A stretch of DNA of 64,000 nucleotides from Parachlamydiaceae bacterium (lineage in GTDB: Bacteria; Chlamydiota; Chlamydiia; Chlamydiales; Parachlamydiaceae): contig JACCRY010000075.1 of assembly GCA_013813265.1 (NCBI GenBank), positions 150-64,149 on the forward strand, written 5' to 3'. The notes beneath the pieces were generated by a model, which worked only from the letters and a program-made list of their open reading frames with translations, was not told the DNA's origin and searched no databases. Made by a program: the position numbers and the translations under genes. Positions 28,073-38,538 of the stretch are shown here, piece after piece (position 1 is the first letter of the stretch; the number at the start of each line of letters is the position of its first letter).

Positions 28073-29929
28073 TTAAAATGCTTGTCCTATGCTTATGTAT
28101 GCCTCAAAAAGGCTATCAAATTTTTTAGGCTTTTTACCTGCTTTTATATCTTTGCTATGTTGATGCTTATTACGTCTAGTAAGTGGAAAAGCGACGTCAA
28201 AACGAATTGGTCCAATAGGAGTATGATACCGAAAACCCAAACCAGCTGATTGCAACTGTTTATGGTTAAATTCTGGCAAAGAACTTTTATAAACATTACC
28301 AATTTCATAAAATCCCACAAAACCAATTGTTTCAGAAAGGCGCATTCGACCTTCAAAACTGAATACCATAATAGAGCGTCCACCAGTCGGTTTATTATCA
28401 TGATCCAAAGGGCTTACAGTAAGGTACTTATACCCTCTAAGCGTATTCTCACTACCAGAATAGAAACGTTCTGAAGGTGGAATTTCGTGTCGTGATGAAC
28501 CAAAAATTGTCCCCACAACAGTTTTGGCTGCCAAAACAAATCGACGCTCTTCAGAAAATGGTATATAAATTATTCCTGTCAATGTAGTGGGACAGTAGAA
28601 GTAAGCAGGGACTCTAATTTGCATGGTGGGAGAAGTTTTAAGATTCAACGAATACCCTGAGGTAGGATCAAGTATGCTATTCGCAGTACTCCAACGAACT
28701 TGTAAAGGTATTTTTAATAAATTAAAAACTCCATTATTTTCTGATCTACGAATCGAAATCCACTTGTACATTCCCCCGTAAGAAACATTAAGACGCTTAT
28801 TGATTTTGTTTTCGATTATGGCTGAAGCGCTAAAAGAAGTTTCTGTATACCCCTCAGTAATCTCATGTTCTACCTCAGCCAGGTATATAAGGTCCTGATT
28901 CTTTTTTCTAAAATCAGGTAATACATAGGACACCCTACCATCTTGCGTCTTCGCCCAAACAGTTGCATGGACATTGACTCTTTCACCCATACCTCTTACG
29001 TTGCGATGATCCCATTCAGCAACCGCTCCAACGCCTCGAGCTGTTGTGTAACTCACCCCACCAACTATGCTACGGTGTTTAGATTCGTTGACCTGAATTT
29101 CCATCGGCAGCTCTCCCGTCTTGGGATCAGACTGGCCTTTAGTAATCAGCATGGAGTTAAATAATCCGCTGGTTTCAAGCGCTTCTTGAGTATCTTTGAT
29201 CACATCCAGGTTGAAAATTTCCCCTTCTTTCCAGGCAATCTTCTTTCTAAAATAGGCTTTTCGAACAGAGGTATTTCCCTTAATTACTGTCTTACCGAAC
29301 CAAGCACGCACTCCAGATTCTACAGTCAAGCTTACTGAGATATCTTTTTCTTTTTGATCTGCAATCACATTTCGTTTTTTAATAGCTGCATGAGGATACC
29401 CTTTCTGAGCTAAAAGGTGAAGTAGAGTTTCCTCAGCATGAAGGATGACTTCTCCATAAGCAGGAGTCCCCAAAGTGATCCCGATTTCTTCAAGGGGAAA
29501 ACTTGCGAAATCAAATCGATATAAAGAGCAATTTTCTTTAGGTTCACTTTCTGAAGAGGTTGATGTAGCTTCAACAATTTTAAAATTGGCCAAGGGATAA
29601 ACAGGTCCTGGATTAACGGTAAAAATGACTTTTATCGATCCGTTTTCATTCTCAAATTTATAGCTGATCGATGCGTTGTAATACGCAAGCCAATGCATTA
29701 CTTTAACGAAATTAGTGACGTCTGCCTCGCTTCTGCGCTTCAAAACCCCTAGAGAAGTGGCTGAGTGTTCAGAAAGGTTCAAAAGTTGTGACGATGCCTT
29801 TAAGGCTGTGTCAAGTTCTGTTGAATCAACGCCTTTAAATTCGACTGTGTAATTAAGCAAACCTTCCGCTTTTAAGCAGAAAACTAGCATTACCCCGATG
29901 ATGATGAATATTTTTTTATGTTGTTCCAT
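28073..29929 (-). CDS. tamA: Omp85/TamA-family outer-membrane protein
   Basis: Signal peptide from ATG 29929 (MEQHKKIFIIIGVMLVFCLKAEG), POTRA-like N-terminal part, and a beta-barrel ending in the C-terminal beta-signal ...YISIGQAF. The track start 30079 is an over-extension. Confidence 0.75.
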   Translation of the reverse strand: MEQHKKIFIIIGVMLVFCLKAEGLLNYTVEFKGVDSTELDTALKASSQLLNLSEHSATSLGVLKRRSEADVTNFVKVMHWLAYYNASISYKFENENGSIKVIFTVNPGPVYPLANFKIVEATSTSSESEPKENCSLYRFDFASFPLEEIGITLGTPAYGEVILHAEETLLHLLAQKGYPHAAIKKRNVIADQKEKDISVSLTVESGVRAWFGKTVIKGNTSVRKAYFRKKIAWKEGEIFNLDVIKDTQEALETSGLFNSMLITKGQSDPKTGELPMEIQVNESKHRSIVGGVSYTTARGVGAVAEWDHRNVRGMGERVNVHATVWAKTQDGRVSYVLPDFRKKNQDLIYLAEVEHEITEGYTETSFSASAIIENKINKRLNVSYGGMYKWISIRRSENNGVFNLLKIPLQVRWSTANSILDPTSGYSLNLKTSPTMQIRVPAYFYCPTTLTGIIYIPFSEERRFVLAAKTVVGTIFGSSRHEIPPSERFYSGSENTLRGYKYLTVSPLDHDNKPTGGRSIMVFSFEGRMRLSETIGFVGFYEIGNVYKSSLPEFNHKQLQSAGLGFRYHTPIGPIRFDVAFPLTRRNKHQHSKDIKAGKKPKKFDSLFEAYISIGQAF

Positions 29930-30158
29930 TTTTATCGCCTTTGAAAACAAGTGCAAAGTGGAACTTGACGCATTTATTGATTGGTATAGAACGGGTCGTA
30001 CAAAGCAAAAAGAATACCAGAAAAGCGAAGGAATAAGGCATTTGAAAAATAGGCTCAAGGAGGGTGAAAAACAAAACATTGCTTTACAATCCCCTTTTTT
30101 CTTCCTTATCTTTCAAATACCTTACAGTGTACTAGGGCGTCGAGTCCCTTAAAATATC

Positions 30159-30554
30159 TTAACGCTTAGAGAATTGGAAGCGCTTACGAGCACCAGCAAG
30201 ACCATATTTCTTACGTTCTTTCTTACGTGCATCACGTGTCAAGAAGCCTTGAGATTTAAACTCTTGGTGCAATGCGGCATCTTCTTGAAGAAGCGCACGG
30301 GCAACTCCAAGACGCGTTGCAACCGCTTGAGCTTCGATTCCGCCACCTTTAAGACGTATGAGCATATCGTGTTTTTGATTTCCACCGAGTTTTGCAAATG
30401 GAGCTAAGACGACCATACGTTGCAGTTGGTTGGGGAAATATTCATCAAATTTCTTACCGTTAATGTCGACATTGCCTTTACCGGGCCTTAGACGAACTGA
30501 AGCCACGGCGGTTTTACGGCGGCCTGTTGCAACTTTTTCTTCTAACATAATCAC
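30159..30554 (-). CDS. rpsI: 30S ribosomal protein S9
   Basis: 131 aa. [10 protein letters not shown] near the N-terminus and a C-terminus ...[10 protein letters not shown]. Confidence 0.95.
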   Translation of the reverse strand: MIMLEEKVATGRRKTAVASVRLRPGKGNVDINGKKFDEYFPNQLQRMVVLAPFAKLGGNQKHDMLIRLKGGGIEAQAVATRLGVARALLQEDAALHQEFKSQGFLTRDARKKERKKYGLAGARKRFQFSKR

Positions 30555-30571
30555 CTTTCTATCCGTTTAAA

Positions 30572-31015
30572 TTAAATAACCGCGCTTTCCGGCTTCTGCG
30601 CTGCTTGTTCGTGTTCAGCTCCTGCGAAGATGCGAAGCTTTCTCAGTTGTTGTTTCCCTAAGCGAGTTTTTGGCATCATTCCACTAACCGCATGCTCAAT
30701 GATATAACAAGGCTTACGCTTTTGCATGACTCTGTAAGGAATTTCACGTAAACCAGCGATATGTCCTGTGTAATAGCGATATTGCTTCTGAGCTTCTTTA
30801 GCACCTGTGACATGAATCTTGGTAGCATTAATCACAATGACACCGTCTCCGCCGTCAATATGTGAGGTAAAAGTAGGCTTGTGCTTGCCGCGCAAAATCT
30901 TTGTGATCTCACAAGCTAAACGACCTAAAGTCTTCCCTGTAGCATCTAGAACGAACCAGGAAGTTTTAACATCTGCTGTCTTAAGCATAAATGTTTTGTT
31001 TTTTTGTTCTGACAT
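30572..31015 (-). CDS. rplM: 50S ribosomal protein L13
   Basis: Starts at ATG 31015 ([12 protein letters not shown]...[15 protein letters not shown]). The track ORF to 31186 is an upstream over-extension into repeat DNA. Confidence 0.93.
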   Translation of the reverse strand: MSEQKNKTFMLKTADVKTSWFVLDATGKTLGRLACEITKILRGKHKPTFTSHIDGGDGVIVINATKIHVTGAKEAQKQYRYYTGHIAGLREIPYRVMQKRKPCYIIEHAVSGMMPKTRLGKQQLRKLRIFAGAEHEQAAQKPESAVI

Positions 31016-31175
31016 CTCTGAAACCTGTAAATTGATTAATCTTAATTGCTCATGATAAAGCTTTTGCTCCCTTTTTGCCAACAGAAAAGTGATCTTTGCA
31101 GTGAAAAAAAATTCAAAGGGGGGAAGAGCTAGGCAGTTAAGGGGGCTAGAAGGCCACAGTGAGAAGGTGCTGACG

Positions 31176-31622
31176 CCCCAGTTCAACGCAAAGGCGCAAA
31201 GTCACAAAGACGAAGGAAAAAAACTCAGTAGAGACCAAATTAGTCATTGGTTACAAGCAGAGGTGAAATATTTATATTCTGTTTTCAATTTGCCTCCACT
31301 CTATGGATTATATAGAGAATATCAATTGAACTAATAGCAATATACTAGATTGATTTTTTTTAACACAGAGAAGCAGCAAAAGACGCAAAGGCACAAAGAA
31401 AACAGAAAGGATTAGATATACAAAAATATAGGCTATTTATAAAGGGGCCAATCCCTTTTTCAAAGATTTATCCAAGATTGATGTTGTTCTCTTATCCTTA
31501 CAAATTTCGTTCTCAAAAATCTTTGTGCCTTTGTGTCATTTGCTGCTTCTTAGTGTTAAAAAAAGATTCGTTATTTTCAGGCAAGGGTGCCATTGGACTG
31601 GCTCGCTTTGCGTTGAATTGGG
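31176..31622. repeat. Doubly nested inverted arrays of CGCAAAG/CACAAAG-type units
   Basis: Inner arms: 31354-31400 TTTTTTTTAACACAGAGAAGCAGCAAAAGACGCAAAGGCACAAAG, pairing with 31519-31564. Outer arms: 31176-31216 CCCCAGTTCAACGCAAAGGCGCAAAGTCACAAAGACGAAGG, pairing partly with 31604-31622 CGCTTTGCGTTGAATTGGG. Confidence 0.8.
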
Positions 31623-31706
31623 CTATACAGTTTAGCGGTAGTGCTTGCGCAAGATACTAATTCATGATACCCTAAAACCTAAATATTCTAAAAATAGGAC
31701 ATTTCC

Positions 31707-33047
31707 ATGCGCGATCTCAAAACATTTTTTATTAAAACTTACGGCTGCCAAATGAATGAGCTCGACTCAGAAATTATGATGGGTCAACTTGTTTCGCGAG
31801 GTCTTTCGCGAATCGAAGATGAAAATGCTGCAGATCTTTTAATATTTAACACGTGCTCAATCCGCGATCTTGCAGAACGAAAAGCGATGGGAAAACTTGG
31901 CCGTCTAGGACATAGTTTGCAAAAAAATGTCGTCATTGGAGTCACTGGGTGCATGGCCAACGCCAAAAAAGAAACACTCTTTCAAAAACTTCCTCACCTT
32001 GACTTCGTTCTAGGAACAAATAACATTCACGACTTAAATACCGTTCTCGATGAAGTCCTTGCCAGCGGAAAATTAACTATACGTACTGATGATCAATTTT
32101 CTCACGAGCTCGATTACATCGGAGCTCACCGCGACGATAAAGTGAAAGCTTTTGTTTCGATTATTCGTGGCTGCGACAAATTTTGCACATATTGCGTTGT
32201 CCCTTACACAAGAGGCCCTGAAGTCTCAAGAGAACCTGACAGCATCCTAGAAGAATGCAAGCAGCTTGCAGCTCAAGGATATAAAGAAGTCACTCTACTT
32301 GGACAAAATGTTAATAGCTACGGCAAAGACAGGCCAGAGTTCAAAACCCTATTCCATGATCTCCTGTACCGCATTGATGCCATTGAAGGAATTGAGCGTG
32401 TACGCTTCATGACAAGCCATCCAGTGGACATTACCCGTGAACTTATGGAAGCGATCAGAGACCTTAAATCATTATGTGAATTTGTGCACTTTCCCCTACA
32501 AGCAGGTTCCGACCGTATATTAAAAAAGATGCATCGCATTTACACCGTCGATCAATATATGGAAAAAGTACAAATGCTTCGGGATCTAGTTCCTAATGTC
32601 GTGCTTGGAACAGATATTATCGTCGGATTTCCAACAGAAACAGAGGAAGAATTCCAGCAAACGTATGAGTGGCTAAAGAAGATCAGATACGACACTGCCT
32701 TCCTTTTTGCTTATAGTCCGCGTAAAGGAACTCCTGCAATGCGCTGGAAAGATGACATTCCAGAAGAAGTTAAAAATGACCGACTTCAACGCCTCTTAAA
32801 GTTGCAGGAAGAGATTTCTGCTGAACAGAGACAAGCTTTTCTTGGCACAACCGTCGAAGTTCTGGTAGAAAAACAAAATTTCAAAAATGAAGCTTTGTTG
32901 AAAGGCAGAACACGCTGCTGGAAAAGCGTTCTATTCCCTGGAGACCCCTCGATCATAGGGACTTTACAAAAAATTAAAGTTCATAGCTATAGCCACCAAA
33001 CTCTTCTAGGAGAGATTGAAGTTCGTGAGGCTCTGAAGTTAATATAA
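31707..33047 (+). CDS. miaB: tRNA-i6A37 methylthiotransferase MiaB
   Basis: 446 aa. UPF0004 N-terminal domain (TYGCQMN), radical SAM CDKFCTYCVVP, and a C-terminal TRAM-like segment. Confidence 0.9.
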   Translation: MRDLKTFFIKTYGCQMNELDSEIMMGQLVSRGLSRIEDENAADLLIFNTCSIRDLAERKAMGKLGRLGHSLQKNVVIGVTGCMANAKKETLFQKLPHLDFVLGTNNIHDLNTVLDEVLASGKLTIRTDDQFSHELDYIGAHRDDKVKAFVSIIRGCDKFCTYCVVPYTRGPEVSREPDSILEECKQLAAQGYKEVTLLGQNVNSYGKDRPEFKTLFHDLLYRIDAIEGIERVRFMTSHPVDITRELMEAIRDLKSLCEFVHFPLQAGSDRILKKMHRIYTVDQYMEKVQMLRDLVPNVVLGTDIIVGFPTETEEEFQQTYEWLKKIRYDTAFLFAYSPRKGTPAMRWKDDIPEEVKNDRLQRLLKLQEEISAEQRQAFLGTTVEVLVEKQNFKNEALLKGRTRCWKSVLFPGDPSIIGTLQKIKVHSYSHQTLLGEIEVREALKLI

Positions 33048-33095
33048 ATTTATAACGCGTTAACACAATTCGACTTCACAAAATTGGAGAAAATA

Positions 33096-33986
33096 ATGTC
33101 CCCTATTAGACTCTGCTGTTTGCTCATATTTTGCCTCTTTTTTAATGGAATTTCCGCCCAGATAAGGCCATATAGGTATGACTTTGCGGTATGTGCCATT
33201 TTTCAAAATGAAGCTCCTTACCTTAAAGAATGGATCGAATACTACAAAATCCTAGGAGCACAGCATTTTTACTTATATAACAATTTCAGTGAAGATCACT
33301 ACTTAGATGTTCTTCAACCCTACATCGATGATGGCATCGTAGAATTGGTCGATTGGGAAGTGCCGATTTTTCAGTATTTTGGACAAAAAAGAGCCTACAT
33401 GAACGCAATCAACAAAACACAAGGTATTGTCAAATGGCTTGCTATCCTTGATATTGACGAATTTATAGTTCCAAAGCAAAACGACACAATCCCAGAATTT
33501 CTTTCGGACTTTGATCAAGAGGGAATTGCTGGAATCGGGATAAATTGGCAGATGTTTGGCACATCCTTTGTTCAAAAAATTGAAGAAGGTCAATTGCTTA
33601 CTGAAATGCTTACTTTGAAAGCTCAGGAAGACCACAATGAAAATATCCATATTAAATCCATAGTACGCCCTGAATATGTAGTAGAGCCTCCACATGTACA
33701 CAATTTTCACTATAAATCTGGTTACTTCCAAGTTAATGCAAACATGGAACAATTTGACGGACCCCGCGCTCCTTACATTGCTGTGGACAAAATTCAGATC
33801 AATCATTACTGGACCAAAGATGAAACCTTTTTCTTTTCGGTTAAAATTCCCCGTCGTCTGAGCTGGGGAGACTCTCCGGAAACGATTAAAAAACGATTGG
33901 ATGCTCTTAATCAGATTGAAGATACTTCGATTTCCCGTTTTTTACTCCCCCTACGCCAGGGGGTTTTTGTAGAGTCTCCTGAGTAG
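33096..33986 (+). CDS. Glycosyltransferase family 92 (DUF23)-like protein
   Basis: Signal/TM N-terminus, FAVCAIFQNEAPYLKEWIEYY and the DxD-type LAILDIDEFIVP. GGAGA lies 5 nt upstream of ATG 33096. Confidence 0.6.
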   Translation: MSPIRLCCLLIFCLFFNGISAQIRPYRYDFAVCAIFQNEAPYLKEWIEYYKILGAQHFYLYNNFSEDHYLDVLQPYIDDGIVELVDWEVPIFQYFGQKRAYMNAINKTQGIVKWLAILDIDEFIVPKQNDTIPEFLSDFDQEGIAGIGINWQMFGTSFVQKIEEGQLLTEMLTLKAQEDHNENIHIKSIVRPEYVVEPPHVHNFHYKSGYFQVNANMEQFDGPRAPYIAVDKIQINHYWTKDETFFFSVKIPRRLSWGDSPETIKKRLDALNQIEDTSISRFLLPLRQGVFVESPE

Positions 33987-34142
33987 CTGGGTTCACGCTC
34001 TTCGGCCGTAGCTAAGGCTACGGTTCCGTTACATTTAATCCATTTTGCTCACAGCAAATTCTAAGTTTGAGCCCGTTTCTGGTAAACAAGAAATCCAGGG
34101 TTATGCTATGCTTCCTTTCTTACAACCAACATTGGAATTTTC

Positions 34143-34769
34143 ATGAAATTTTCAAAATCTATTTTCATTATACTCATTTTTCTCTTCGGATTTGGAGGAT
34201 ACTTAACTGGCCAGATTACTGAAAAAAAGTCTTCCTCTTTGTACAAAAAAGTAAAATACGAAACCTCACTAGCCTACACGAAATGGACTTGCGCGAATCA
34301 ATGGTGGAACAAGATTGAACCATACAATATCTATTTGGGCGCTTTGCCTTTAAAGAATGAGGGTCATTTTGAATTAATCCTTGGGTTAGGAGTTACCCGC
34401 ATTCTTTCGATGTTAGAAAGTTTTGAACTTGAAGACGGATGGAGAGAAATTCCAGTTAAAGCTGCTGATTGGCAGAAACAGGGAGTAGAGGTTGAGCAGA
34501 TTCATGCAGTCGATTCTTGCCCCCTTAAACTAAGTGAGATAGAAAGAGGAGTCAATTATCTTGCGATGAATTTGGAGGGAAGTCACACAGTTTATGTTCA
34601 TTGTAAAGCTGGTAGAGGTAGAAGCGCAACCATCGTGATCGCTTATTTGATGAAGCACCAGAAACTTTCCTACGAAGAGGCATTTCACTACGTCAAAAAG
34701 CTGCGGCCCAAAATTCACTTAAGTGCAGCGCAACAACAAGCTGTTTTGGATTATTTTGCCAAAAGATAG
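34143..34769 (+). CDS. Membrane-anchored dual-specificity (PTP-loop) phosphatase
   Basis: 208 aa. N-terminal TM and the active-site signature VHCKAGRGRSAT (HCxxGxxR[ST]). Confidence 0.8.
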   Translation: MKFSKSIFIILIFLFGFGGYLTGQITEKKSSSLYKKVKYETSLAYTKWTCANQWWNKIEPYNIYLGALPLKNEGHFELILGLGVTRILSMLESFELEDGWREIPVKAADWQKQGVEVEQIHAVDSCPLKLSEIERGVNYLAMNLEGSHTVYVHCKAGRGRSATIVIAYLMKHQKLSYEEAFHYVKKLRPKIHLSAAQQQAVLDYFAKR

Positions 34770-34910
34770 AATTTCAATGCCTATGCGGTTGACACAGGTA
34801 GGTCAGATTTCGTTAGCATTTGTCCGTATTACAATTGCAATAAGTACCACTATGTAGTGCAATGTAATTTAGCGAGGCATATAAGCTCGACTTTGTACAT
34901 TTTTCAGTCT

Positions 34911-35279
34911 CTAGTCGTACTCATTTCCACAGTTAATACTGGTCAAAACGTGAAATACAAAGAAATTATTCAAAATTCCACAAGTGCATATATTTATTAC
35001 ATTATTTGCAAATATTATACTAAGATCTATTGCATCTTCTAATGGAATATAGCGTCTCTCATCTTCATCCGATCGAAAAAAGGGGGTTCCATATCCTACT
35101 TTTTGAAATAAAGACTGAACAGCTTTTACAACCGCCATAGCTCCTGAAAAAAGAGCTGTAGGAACAGAAATAATGGGCCCCACCACAGGAATTACTTGAA
35201 ATATATATGCGGGCTCATAATCTTGTTGCTCAACAGCGCGAAATGTCCGTGTTAATGCCTCTGTAATCATTGTAGCCAT
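34911..35279 (-). CDS. Small hypothetical membrane protein (possible Inc-like hydrophobic domain)
   Basis: 122 aa with the hydrophobic stretch IFQVIPVVGPIISVPTALFSGAMAVV. Weak call. Confidence 0.35.
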   Translation of the reverse strand: MATMITEALTRTFRAVEQQDYEPAYIFQVIPVVGPIISVPTALFSGAMAVVKAVQSLFQKVGYGTPFFRSDEDERRYIPLEDAIDLSIIFANNVINICTCGILNNFFVFHVLTSINCGNEYD

Positions 35280-35470
35280 TATATTCCTCCTGATAATGGA
35301 ATCGGCTCAAAATTTCACTGGATTTTGATCCAACTAGAATTTAGAGTAGTGTTTCAGATCAATTATAGCAATAACTTATGTTATGCTATTTCTAACAGAA
35401 CAGTACAGCTGAAAACTAGAAGCTTCTGTATTTTTTTTGATTGCTTCTAGTTTGGAGAAACAAACGCCAA

Positions 35471-35512
35471 AATTTTATCCCCTGGTTTACCCTTCCAGGG
35501 CTACACCAGGGG
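35471..35512 (-). terminator. Rho-independent terminator of rny
   Basis: The minus-strand RNA reads CCCCUGGU-(18 nt)-ACCAGGGG followed by AUAAAAUUUU, 30 nt after the rny stop. Confidence 0.6.
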
Positions 35513-35541
35513 TTAGAGTTTTGGAAACAGTATATGCCCTT

Positions 35542-37101
35542 TTACAAGGCATATTCTACGACGCGCTTTTCTCTAATCACAGTTACCTTGATCTTACCTG
35601 GATAACGTAATTCTTCCTCAATGCGCTTTGTCAGATCATGTGCAAGGGTCACCGTAGCGGCATCATCTAGAAGCTCTGGAGTGACTATAATGCGGATTTC
35701 ACGCCCGGCTTGCATTGCATAAGCTTTTTCCACGCCTTTAAACTCATAGGCTAAATCTTCCAAACGTTGAAGCCTCTTGATATACTCTTCAACAGCTTCG
35801 ATTCTTGCACCAGGACGTGAAGCAGATAAAGCATCTGCCGCACTACAAAGACTCCCCTCAATCGTTAATGGATCCATCTCCTGATGGTGACAGCCGATAC
35901 CATTGGCTACTTCCTTAGTTTCACCATACTTAACTGCAAAATTATACCCTATGATCGCATGAGAACCTTCGACTTCATGCGTGACCGCCTTGCCAACATC
36001 ATGGAGAAGGCCAATACGTTTCGCCATCTGCTCATCAAGACCAAGCTCTGCTGCCATCATTCCAAGTAAGTGACTGACTTCCAGAGAGTGATCGAGGATA
36101 TTTTGACCATAGCTATAGCGAAATTTGAGTTTACCAAGGAGCATGATAAGTTCTGGGTGCAGATTCATCGCTCCCGCTCTCAAAGCCGCATCTTCGCCAT
36201 GAATTTTTATCTGCTTCTGAACATTTGCCGTTGTCTTCTCTACAACTTCTTCAATACGCGTCGGATGAATCCGACCATCGGCAAGTAGATCGCTAAGTGA
36301 AAGCTTTGCAACATGCATGCGAACAGGATCAAATCCTGAGAGAACGACCACTCCAGGAGTATCGTCAATAATGAAGTTCACTCCCGTCGCCCGTTCCAGA
36401 GCTTTTATATTACGCCCCTCCCTTCCGATAACACGCCCTTTCATTTCCTCGTTAGGAATGGCAACTGTACTTACGGTAATTTCAGAAACGCAAGATCCGG
36501 CCATACGGTTGATGGCAGTAGCAATGATTGTAGCAGCTTCCCTCTCCGCTGTTTCCTCAGCTTCTTTACGGCTTTTACGAATCAAATTCGCTGTTTCAGT
36601 TTTGACCTCATTTGTGAGACGACTGATGATTAATTCTTTAGCTTCGATCGAGCTCAATCCAGAAACTTTTTCAAGTTCAACAACAAGCTGTTCTTGAAAT
36701 TTCGACACATGAACTCTTTCTTCTTCAAGCCGAACTTTTTCAAGAGCAATAAGGCTCTCGCGTTTTTCAATCTCAGATAATTTAGATTCCACGGTGTTCA
36801 TGCGGGTTTCAATTTTATCTTCGCGTAATTTCAAGCGTTCTTCCTCGCGTTGCATTTTGCGACGTTCGCTTTGCCAAACGCGCTCTAATTCTCGCTGCTG
36901 TTCCACTTGCTGTTGTTTCAAAGTTAACTCTGCATTTTTACGTAACGCGTCACTTTCAGATTCAGCCTTTCTCATCATCGCAGTAGCTAGAGTTTGATAT
37001 CCCCCAACCTTAGCACGGTGAAACAGCCAAAATCCAAATGCGCCCACAGAGACACCAGAAACCAATATTAAAAGTAAATAAGCTATATCATCTAAACTCA
37101 T
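35542..37101 (-). CDS. rny: Ribonuclease Y
   Basis: 519 aa. N-terminal TM, long charged coiled coil, KH domain (GRVIGREGRNI), and HD domain (LLHDVGK...GCHH). Confidence 0.93.
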   Translation of the reverse strand: MSLDDIAYLLLILVSGVSVGAFGFWLFHRAKVGGYQTLATAMMRKAESESDALRKNAELTLKQQQVEQQRELERVWQSERRKMQREEERLKLREDKIETRMNTVESKLSEIEKRESLIALEKVRLEEERVHVSKFQEQLVVELEKVSGLSSIEAKELIISRLTNEVKTETANLIRKSRKEAEETAEREAATIIATAINRMAGSCVSEITVSTVAIPNEEMKGRVIGREGRNIKALERATGVNFIIDDTPGVVVLSGFDPVRMHVAKLSLSDLLADGRIHPTRIEEVVEKTTANVQKQIKIHGEDAALRAGAMNLHPELIMLLGKLKFRYSYGQNILDHSLEVSHLLGMMAAELGLDEQMAKRIGLLHDVGKAVTHEVEGSHAIIGYNFAVKYGETKEVANGIGCHHQEMDPLTIEGSLCSAADALSASRPGARIEAVEEYIKRLQRLEDLAYEFKGVEKAYAMQAGREIRIIVTPELLDDAATVTLAHDLTKRIEEELRYPGKIKVTVIREKRVVEYAL

Positions 37102-37256
37102 TGCAAAATCCTGTCTCTAAAAAATAAGAAGTAATCATCACGATACGTGAATTTGAATTCCTTATCCACCTTGTTCTGGAGTCTTGCACATAAAGAAGCG
37201 CTCTTTTATACTTAAATTTCATGATTTCAGCCAGTACCCGAAGGAAATTCAAAAAG

Positions 37257-38534
37257 ATGTTAGACATTCATTTAATCCGTAAAGACCCAAAAGCCGTTGA
37301 AGCCCAACTGCGTTTAAAAGACCCTGATATCGATCTCACACTAACACATGAGCTAGATCAAAAACGCAGGGAATTGCAGACAAAAGTTCAAAATCTAAAA
37401 GCTCAACGCAATGAAAACTCCCAAAAAATTGGCGAATATAAGCGCTCCGGAAAAGAAACTTCCGGTCTTATGGAAGAAGTCACCAAACATGCTGAAGAAC
37501 TTCTAAGACTTGATCAAGAACTTGCGATTGTAGAAGAAAAGTTTATTGCAGAATTCTCAACGCTTCCAAATCTTCCTATGGAAGATATTAAGGTTTCGCA
37601 GGATCCTAAAGATAATGTTGTCATTAAAGAAGTCGGCAACAAACCAGACTTTAAGTTCCCTTTTAAAAATCATGTTGAACTTAATGAAAAACTGAAGCTT
37701 TTTGACTTTAAGCGCGGAGCTAAAATTACTGGAGCAGGATGGCCTGTTTATTCTAATACAGGAGCAAGACTGGAATGGGCATTGATTAATTACATGATCG
37801 ACATACAGCGCAAGAATGGGTTCACTCAGTTCATGCCTCCGCTATTAGTCCGTGAAGAAATCTCATACGGAGCGGGCCAGCTTCCAAAATTTAAAAATCA
37901 GCAGTTTAAGCTCACCGATGATGATTTCAATCTCTTTCTCATCCCAACTGCTGAAGTTGCACTAAATGGCCTTCATTTTGACGAAATCCTAGAAGAAGAA
38001 CATCTTCCCTTAAAATATATGGCCTATACTCCATGTTTTAGGCGTGAAGCTGGAGCTGCAGGAAGTCAAGAGCGTGGTCTTATCCGTACTCACCAGTTCA
38101 ACAAAGTTGAGATGTTTTGTTTTGTCAAACCAGAAGAAAGCATGAAGACATTTGATTGGATGATGGAATGTGCAGAAGGTATTCTTGAAAGTCTTGGTCT
38201 GCACTACCGTTCAGCTTTGTTGGTTACAGGAGATATGTCCTATGCAGCGGCACGTACGGTTGACATTGAAGTCTGGCTTCCTGGTCAAAATCGTTATTAT
38301 GAAGTTTCCTCTGTCTCCAACTGCACAGATTTTCAAGCGCGCAGATCTAGTATTCGCTTCCGCAGAGATGGAAAAACCGAATTCGTTCACACACTCAATG
38401 GTTCTGGTGTTGCCACCTCTCGTTTAATGGTTGCGCTTTTAGAAAATAATCAAAATGAAGATGGTTCTGTTGACATCCCAGTTGTGTTACATAAATATCT
38501 TGATGGTATGACAAAGCTTGTTCCACAAGTTTGA
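37257..38534 (+). CDS. serS: Seryl-tRNA synthetase
   Basis: MLDIHLIRKDP start, N-terminal coiled-coil arm, class II motifs (FRREAG, TLNGSGVATSR). The track start 37221 adds 12 unlikely codons. Confidence 0.93.
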   Translation: MLDIHLIRKDPKAVEAQLRLKDPDIDLTLTHELDQKRRELQTKVQNLKAQRNENSQKIGEYKRSGKETSGLMEEVTKHAEELLRLDQELAIVEEKFIAEFSTLPNLPMEDIKVSQDPKDNVVIKEVGNKPDFKFPFKNHVELNEKLKLFDFKRGAKITGAGWPVYSNTGARLEWALINYMIDIQRKNGFTQFMPPLLVREEISYGAGQLPKFKNQQFKLTDDDFNLFLIPTAEVALNGLHFDEILEEEHLPLKYMAYTPCFRREAGAAGSQERGLIRTHQFNKVEMFCFVKPEESMKTFDWMMECAEGILESLGLHYRSALLVTGDMSYAAARTVDIEVWLPGQNRYYEVSSVSNCTDFQARRSSIRFRRDGKTEFVHTLNGSGVATSRLMVALLENNQNEDGSVDIPVVLHKYLDGMTKLVPQV

Positions 38535-38538
38535 CTAC

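Noticed and set aside
30572-31186. Long forms of rplM (to 31186), tamA (to 30079), hemW (from 14958), the ORF after clpC (from 11435) and the HEAT protein (from 61010)
   Set aside because: The N-terminal extensions run into upstream genes or repeat arms. Internal ATGs give canonical N-termini or signal peptides.
31089-31334. 81-aa ORF in the rplM-miaB spacer; likewise 12560..12757, 43489..43689, 49603..49869 and 31478..31660
   Set aside because: All are translations of the repeat or palindrome arms (for example [13 protein letters not shown] and TQRHGGHRENK). They have no RBS and no coding-like composition.
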